Below, piece by piece: positions 25,740 through 29,840 of a DNA stretch of 29,840 nucleotides. Every line of letters starts with the position of its first letter. The stretch's first letter is position 1. The notes under the pieces are model-generated. The model saw only the letters and a list, made by a program, of their open reading frames with translations. It searched no databases and was not told the origin of the DNA. This DNA is from Candidatus Dadabacteria bacterium. Its GTDB lineage: Bacteria; Desulfobacterota_D; UBA1144; Nemesobacterales; CSP1-2. Made by a program: the position numbers and the translations under genes. The stretch covers positions 26,873 to 56,712 of the forward strand of contig PSLL01000002.1 of the NCBI GenBank assembly GCA_040289575.1, in the 5' to 3' direction.

Positions 25740-27251
25740 TTGATCCGCTCAAAGTATTTTATTCTTGCCGTCTTTTGCCTTCCCTCCATAATATTTTTGA
25801 CGTCCTGTTCCAGGGGTTCAGAGGGTTCTATTGGTTTGCCAGTCTTTGCTAACGTTTCGGATAAGGCGGGTATAAGGAATGTTGGTGGGCTTGGACAGAC
25901 GGCGGCATGGGGGGATTTCAACGGCGATGGGTGTCAGGATTTAATCGTTTCAAATACGGATACGAGGCGTAGTTCTCGAAATGTTTTTTTATTTAAAAAT
26001 ATGTGCAATGGGACGTTTACCGATGTAACGGCGCGCTCAGGAATTGTCAATCAACCGATCAGAAGCGCCGCGTGGGCGGATTTTGATAATGATGGACTTC
26101 TTGACCTGATTGTTGGAACCATTATGTCAGGTGCGCCGCCTATACTTTATAAAAATCTGGGCGGAGGCGTTTTTCGCGATGTATCTAAAGAGGTAGGGAT
26201 AACAAAAACAGGCGGTGTAATAGGTCAAGTTATATGGGTTGACTATGACAGGGACGGGAGGCTTGACATCTTTCAAGTAAACTCCAATGGCCAATCCTTT
26301 CTATATCACAATGAGGGGAATGGGGGGTTTAAAGAGGTTTCAGAAAAAAGTGGACTCAGACTCAATAATCTCCGAACTAATTCAGCCCTCTGGTTTGATT
26401 GTAATAATGATGGGTTTCCCGACCTCTTTTTAGCGAATAAAGGTTCAAATAGGCTCTATAGAAACAATGGAGATGGGACGTTTACGGATGTTACAGATAA
26501 GGCTGAATTAGGTGGAGACCCAAAATGGAATTCGGTTGCCGCGTGCGCGGGGGACTTCAATAACGACGGTTTCTTGGACCTCTACGTTGTAAACATATCC
26601 TCATCGAGAAACGCGCTTTATAGGAACAACGGGGACGGGACATTTACAGATGTAACCGAGGAGACGAAGACACAAGATGTAGGGGACGGGAGGACGTGCG
26701 CGTGGGTTGATTTTGATGGAGATGGATGGATTGACCTCTTTACTACAAATCACGTACACCCAAATAGGCTTTTTAGAAACCTGGGGAATGGAAGATTCTT
26801 TGATGTGGCTCCTCAGGTGCGGATTAGCTCCCCTATTATTGATGTGTTTGCCGCCGCCTGGGGGGACTTCAATAATGATGGATTCATGGATGTCTTTTTA
26901 AACGGACACATTGGAGCTGGTCTTATGAAAGGCGGTAGAACATCAAACGGATTTCTTATAATCAAACTCATTGGGAATGGACTGGATACAAATAAATCCG
27001 CTATAGGAGCGAGGGTTAAGGTCTCTGCATCCGGCAAAGCCCATATAAGGGAGGTCTCAGGCGGTAGGGGGTGCTGCGAGCAGGATATGCTCCCCGTTCA
27101 CTTTGGGGTTGGTAGGGAAAAGAATGTAGATATTTTGGTTAAATGGAATGGAGGAAAGGAGTGCTATTTCAGAGATGTTAATGTCGGGGGCGGACGGATG
27201 TTTTCAATCTCGGAGAAGGGGTGTATTATTCAAAGGTTAGATCATCTATAG
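25740..27251 (+). CDS. CRTAC1-family FG-GAP repeat / ASPIC-UnbV lipoprotein
   Basis: Lipobox LTSC; about 7 repeats of D[FYC][ND]xDGxxD with LY[RK]NxGDGTFTDV; C-terminal AIGARV..VHFG. Confidence 0.88.
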   Translation: MIRSKYFILAVFCLPSIIFLTSCSRGSEGSIGLPVFANVSDKAGIRNVGGLGQTAAWGDFNGDGCQDLIVSNTDTRRSSRNVFLFKNMCNGTFTDVTARSGIVNQPIRSAAWADFDNDGLLDLIVGTIMSGAPPILYKNLGGGVFRDVSKEVGITKTGGVIGQVIWVDYDRDGRLDIFQVNSNGQSFLYHNEGNGGFKEVSEKSGLRLNNLRTNSALWFDCNNDGFPDLFLANKGSNRLYRNNGDGTFTDVTDKAELGGDPKWNSVAACAGDFNNDGFLDLYVVNISSSRNALYRNNGDGTFTDVTEETKTQDVGDGRTCAWVDFDGDGWIDLFTTNHVHPNRLFRNLGNGRFFDVAPQVRISSPIIDVFAAAWGDFNNDGFMDVFLNGHIGAGLMKGGRTSNGFLIIKLIGNGLDTNKSAIGARVKVSASGKAHIREVSGGRGCCEQDMLPVHFGVGREKNVDILVKWNGGKECYFRDVNVGGGRMFSISEKGCIIQRLDHL

Positions 27252-27294
27252 CTGTATCATTGCCTATAGCGATGTAAGATATATTAAAAAATCC

Positions 27295-29340
27295 ATGAAA
27301 AAAGACATTTCTCTCTCTGTAGTTCTCCCCGCTTATAACGAATCGGAGAATATTGAGAAAACTGTTACACATGCCGTTTCTTATCTCAAAGGGACTTTCC
27401 GGGATTATGAGGTTATAGTCGTAAATGATGGCTCGACTGATAGAACCCCTGAGATTGTAGAGAGACTTGCCTCTTCTAATCCAAGGATAGTTCTTGTGAA
27501 TCACCCGAAAAATCTCGGCTACGGTTCTGCTCTTCGCAGTGGATTTGAGAGGGCTTCTCTTGATTACATATTCTTGATGGATAGCGATGGGCAGTTTGAC
27601 ATCAGTGACATTGACCGCCTCATCCCTTTTTTAGATAGTTATGATGTGGTGGTCGGATACAGGGAAAAGAGGGCTGACCCATTTATCCGCTCTCTGAATG
27701 CGCGGCTTTATCATCTATTTATACGACTTCTCTTTGGTTTGAAACTGAGGGACATAGACTGTGCATTTAAGATTTTCCCCAGAAGCGTCTATCACGCCAT
27801 AAGGCCTATAGAATCGGGAGGGGCGCTCTTTAGCGCAGAGTTCCTTATTAGGTTAAATCAGAAGGGTTTTACGATTCGAGAGGTTCCGGTAAGGCACTTT
27901 CCGCGCCGGTTTGGGAGGCAAACGGGCGCAAACCTTAATGTGATAATCAGGATGTTTAAGGAGTGCTGGAAACTCAAAGACAAGATTAGGGATTCAAAAA
28001 GTAGAGGTAGTAGAAGGACGCCCTTAGAATCAAATTGGCTTTTCTTTGCCCTTATTGCATTTGGTTTTATTATTAGAATCTTTCTTTCACTTTACTGGAC
28101 ATATGAGGGGGATTTTGGTGTGTGGAAGTGGTGGGCGGGAGGTATCTCTACGGTGGGGTTCTCTGAGTTCTATGATAAATACTGGTGTGATTACATGCCG
28201 GGGTATCTCTATATACTCTGGTTTCTCGACCATATACATTCCGCCCTTCCTAATATATCGGATAAAATCATATTTAAACTCCCCGCGAATCTCTCGGACC
28301 TTGGGATTTCAATTCTAATCTTTTTTGTCCTCAGGAGAATCACATGTATAAAAAACGCCAAGATTTTGTCTCTTGCCTATCTTTTCAATCCAGCCTCACT
28401 TTCAAACTCTACATTCTGGGGACAGGTTGATTCCGTCCATACTTTTCCACTCCTGATTTCCATTACACTAGGGCTTTGGGGGAATTTTATATCCTCAGGC
28501 GTATTTGCGGCGATCGCATTTATGATAAAACCTCAGAGCGCTGTGGTTTTTCCAATCATTGGATTCATTGCCCTCAGGCATGTTATTAAACAAAAGAAGG
28601 GCATAGCAAATTCAAAGACCATTATTCTCGGCGTAGAGATTATCGCCGCTATAGTGGTTACATCATTCATCATTGTTCTGCCATTTATATGGCATAAATC
28701 AGCCGGACACGGCATAGAAGGGATTTTAAGAGAGTCCATTTATTTCATAAGAGAGAGATTCAGTACGGCGTATAATCAGTATAAGTATGCGTCTCTTAAC
28801 GCATTCAATCTCTGGGGTATGATTGCTATGTGGCAGGACGATCAGATGAGGTTTCTTGGTATCACATATCAGAGTTGGGGAACTATTATTTTTGTAATCT
28901 TCTATACCCTTGTGCTTGGGTTGCTCTTTTATTTTGAGATGGTGAGTGTTGGGGGGGAGCAAAACAGCGCCCGACATGCTATATGTGCCATTTGTGCTAC
29001 CGCTCTTGTTCTCTTTGCCCTTTTTCTTTTTATTACCCGTGCACATGAAAGGCACTTCCTTCCTACAATTGTGTTCTTCACACTGATTGCGTTTCGATCT
29101 TGGATATACTGGCTCTTCTATATTCTCATCTCAGCCGTTTATGTGTTTAATATGTTCTATTCTTATATAGAGCTGATGCCTCGCATTTCAGAGAGTGCAA
29201 AACCGTATCTAATCGTTCCTGCGTCCTCACTCCAGCCCTTTATCTTCAGTGTGGTTCTAGTGCTCTTGATTGTTTTTTTTGCGGTTCTTATAGATTTTGT
29301 AAGAAACTCAATCGGGCTTTATAGAGGGGAGGGTTCTTAG
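27295..29340 (+). CDS. Fusion of GT2 polyprenol-phosphate sugar synthase (DPM1/GtrB-like) and GT-C membrane glycosyltransferase
   Basis: N-terminus has PAYNE, VNDGSTDRT, NLGYG, DSDGQ, DIDCAFK; the multi-TM C-terminus has DYMPGYLY, KLPA, WGQVDS, KPQ, HERH. Confidence 0.88.
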   Translation: MKKDISLSVVLPAYNESENIEKTVTHAVSYLKGTFRDYEVIVVNDGSTDRTPEIVERLASSNPRIVLVNHPKNLGYGSALRSGFERASLDYIFLMDSDGQFDISDIDRLIPFLDSYDVVVGYREKRADPFIRSLNARLYHLFIRLLFGLKLRDIDCAFKIFPRSVYHAIRPIESGGALFSAEFLIRLNQKGFTIREVPVRHFPRRFGRQTGANLNVIIRMFKECWKLKDKIRDSKSRGSRRTPLESNWLFFALIAFGFIIRIFLSLYWTYEGDFGVWKWWAGGISTVGFSEFYDKYWCDYMPGYLYILWFLDHIHSALPNISDKIIFKLPANLSDLGISILIFFVLRRITCIKNAKILSLAYLFNPASLSNSTFWGQVDSVHTFPLLISITLGLWGNFISSGVFAAIAFMIKPQSAVVFPIIGFIALRHVIKQKKGIANSKTIILGVEIIAAIVVTSFIIVLPFIWHKSAGHGIEGILRESIYFIRERFSTAYNQYKYASLNAFNLWGMIAMWQDDQMRFLGITYQSWGTIIFVIFYTLVLGLLFYFEMVSVGGEQNSARHAICAICATALVLFALFLFITRAHERHFLPTIVFFTLIAFRSWIYWLFYILISAVYVFNMFYSYIELMPRISESAKPYLIVPASSLQPFIFSVVLVLLIVFFAVLIDFVRNSIGLYRGEGS

Positions 29341-29346
29341 AGGAGA

Positions 29347-29840
29347 ATGTCGCTTAGAGCGTTTTTAGGAAAAAATAAGATTGAAATCTCACTTTTCTTT
29401 TTACTCATCATAAGCCTGGGGCTTAAGTTCTATAGACTAAACAATCCAAAGGGTTACTACTTTGATGAAATCTACTTTGCATTTACGGCTGAGGAGATGG
29501 TAAGGGGAAATAGGGCGGCGTGGGAGCTTGGGCACGAGGCGCCAAAGGGATTTGCATATGAGTGGACGCATCCTCAACTCGGAAAGGAGACAAGTGCCTT
29601 GGGGATTTTGATCTTTGGCGATAGGCCTTTTGGATGGCGGTTTTTTCAAGCCCTTTTTGGCGGATTTGGAACTCTCGTTATTTATATTCTCGGAAAAGAG
29701 CTCTTTGAGAGTAAGAGGGTGGGGATTATTGCGGCTTTTCTATTTACATTTGAGTCTTTTATTTTTGTATTGAGCCGCATCACCATGGTGGATATATTCG
29801 TTATGGTTTTTATACTTCTATCTTCACTTTTTCTCGTTAA
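29347..29840 (+). CDS. PMT/GT39-like phospholipid-carrier-dependent glycosyltransferase (3' truncated by window end)
   Basis: Absent from the ORF track. Hand translation: MSLRAFLG..YYFDEIYF..EWTHPQLGK..FGWRF..SRITMVD; AGGAG SD; frame is open to the window end. Confidence 0.85.
   Translation, partial: MSLRAFLGKNKIEISLFFLLIISLGLKFYRLNNPKGYYFDEIYFAFTAEEMVRGNRAAWELGHEAPKGFAYEWTHPQLGKETSALGILIFGDRPFGWRFFQALFGGFGTLVIYILGKELFESKRVGIIAAFLFTFESFIFVLSRITMVDIFVMVFILLSSLFLV

Noticed and set aside
359..29649. Other short ORFs in the track that overlap the main genes
   Set aside because: They are antisense or off-frame shadows of well-supported CDSs with no motifs; 22500-22715 is antisense to the hicA remnant.

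Overview
Bacterial genomic window of moderately low GC. The gene content (mfd-PPIase-surA block, long deltaproteobacterial-type S41 protease, single-chain GcvP) suggests a Desulfobacterota/deltaproteobacteria-like organism, possibly Ca. Dadabacteria; this is an unverified inference. The left ~18 kb is mostly housekeeping: gcvP (5' truncated), a SurA-like foldase, a PpiC lipoprotein, mfd, leuB, a TMTC-like GT-C/TPR protein, an FAA hydrolase, an enoyl-CoA hydratase, truA, an orphan OppB-like permease, an S41 protease and an atypical receiver domain. The right ~11 kb is a cell-envelope region. It has tandem consensus promoters driving two paralogous secreted proteins that look circularly permuted relative to each other; the second carries CxxDSDC Cys-rich modules, Pro/Ser/Thr linkers and a poly-Gly-Cys/TM/basic C-terminal sorting-like tail. 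These are followed by a decayed hicBA, a Tat-exported dehydrogenase small subunit and a degenerate foldase transcribed divergently from an Fe-S GMC oxidoreductase, an FG-GAP/ASPIC lipoprotein, a GT2-GT-C fusion and a PMT-like protein O-glycosyltransferase (3' truncated). Several GTAG-type REP-like palindromes and a Uma2 remnant lie in intergenic space. No rRNA, tRNA or CRISPR array was seen. The best candidate for an undescribed system is the permuted surface-protein pair with its Cys-CTERM anchor, possibly modified by the neighbouring lipid-linked O-glycosylation genes.
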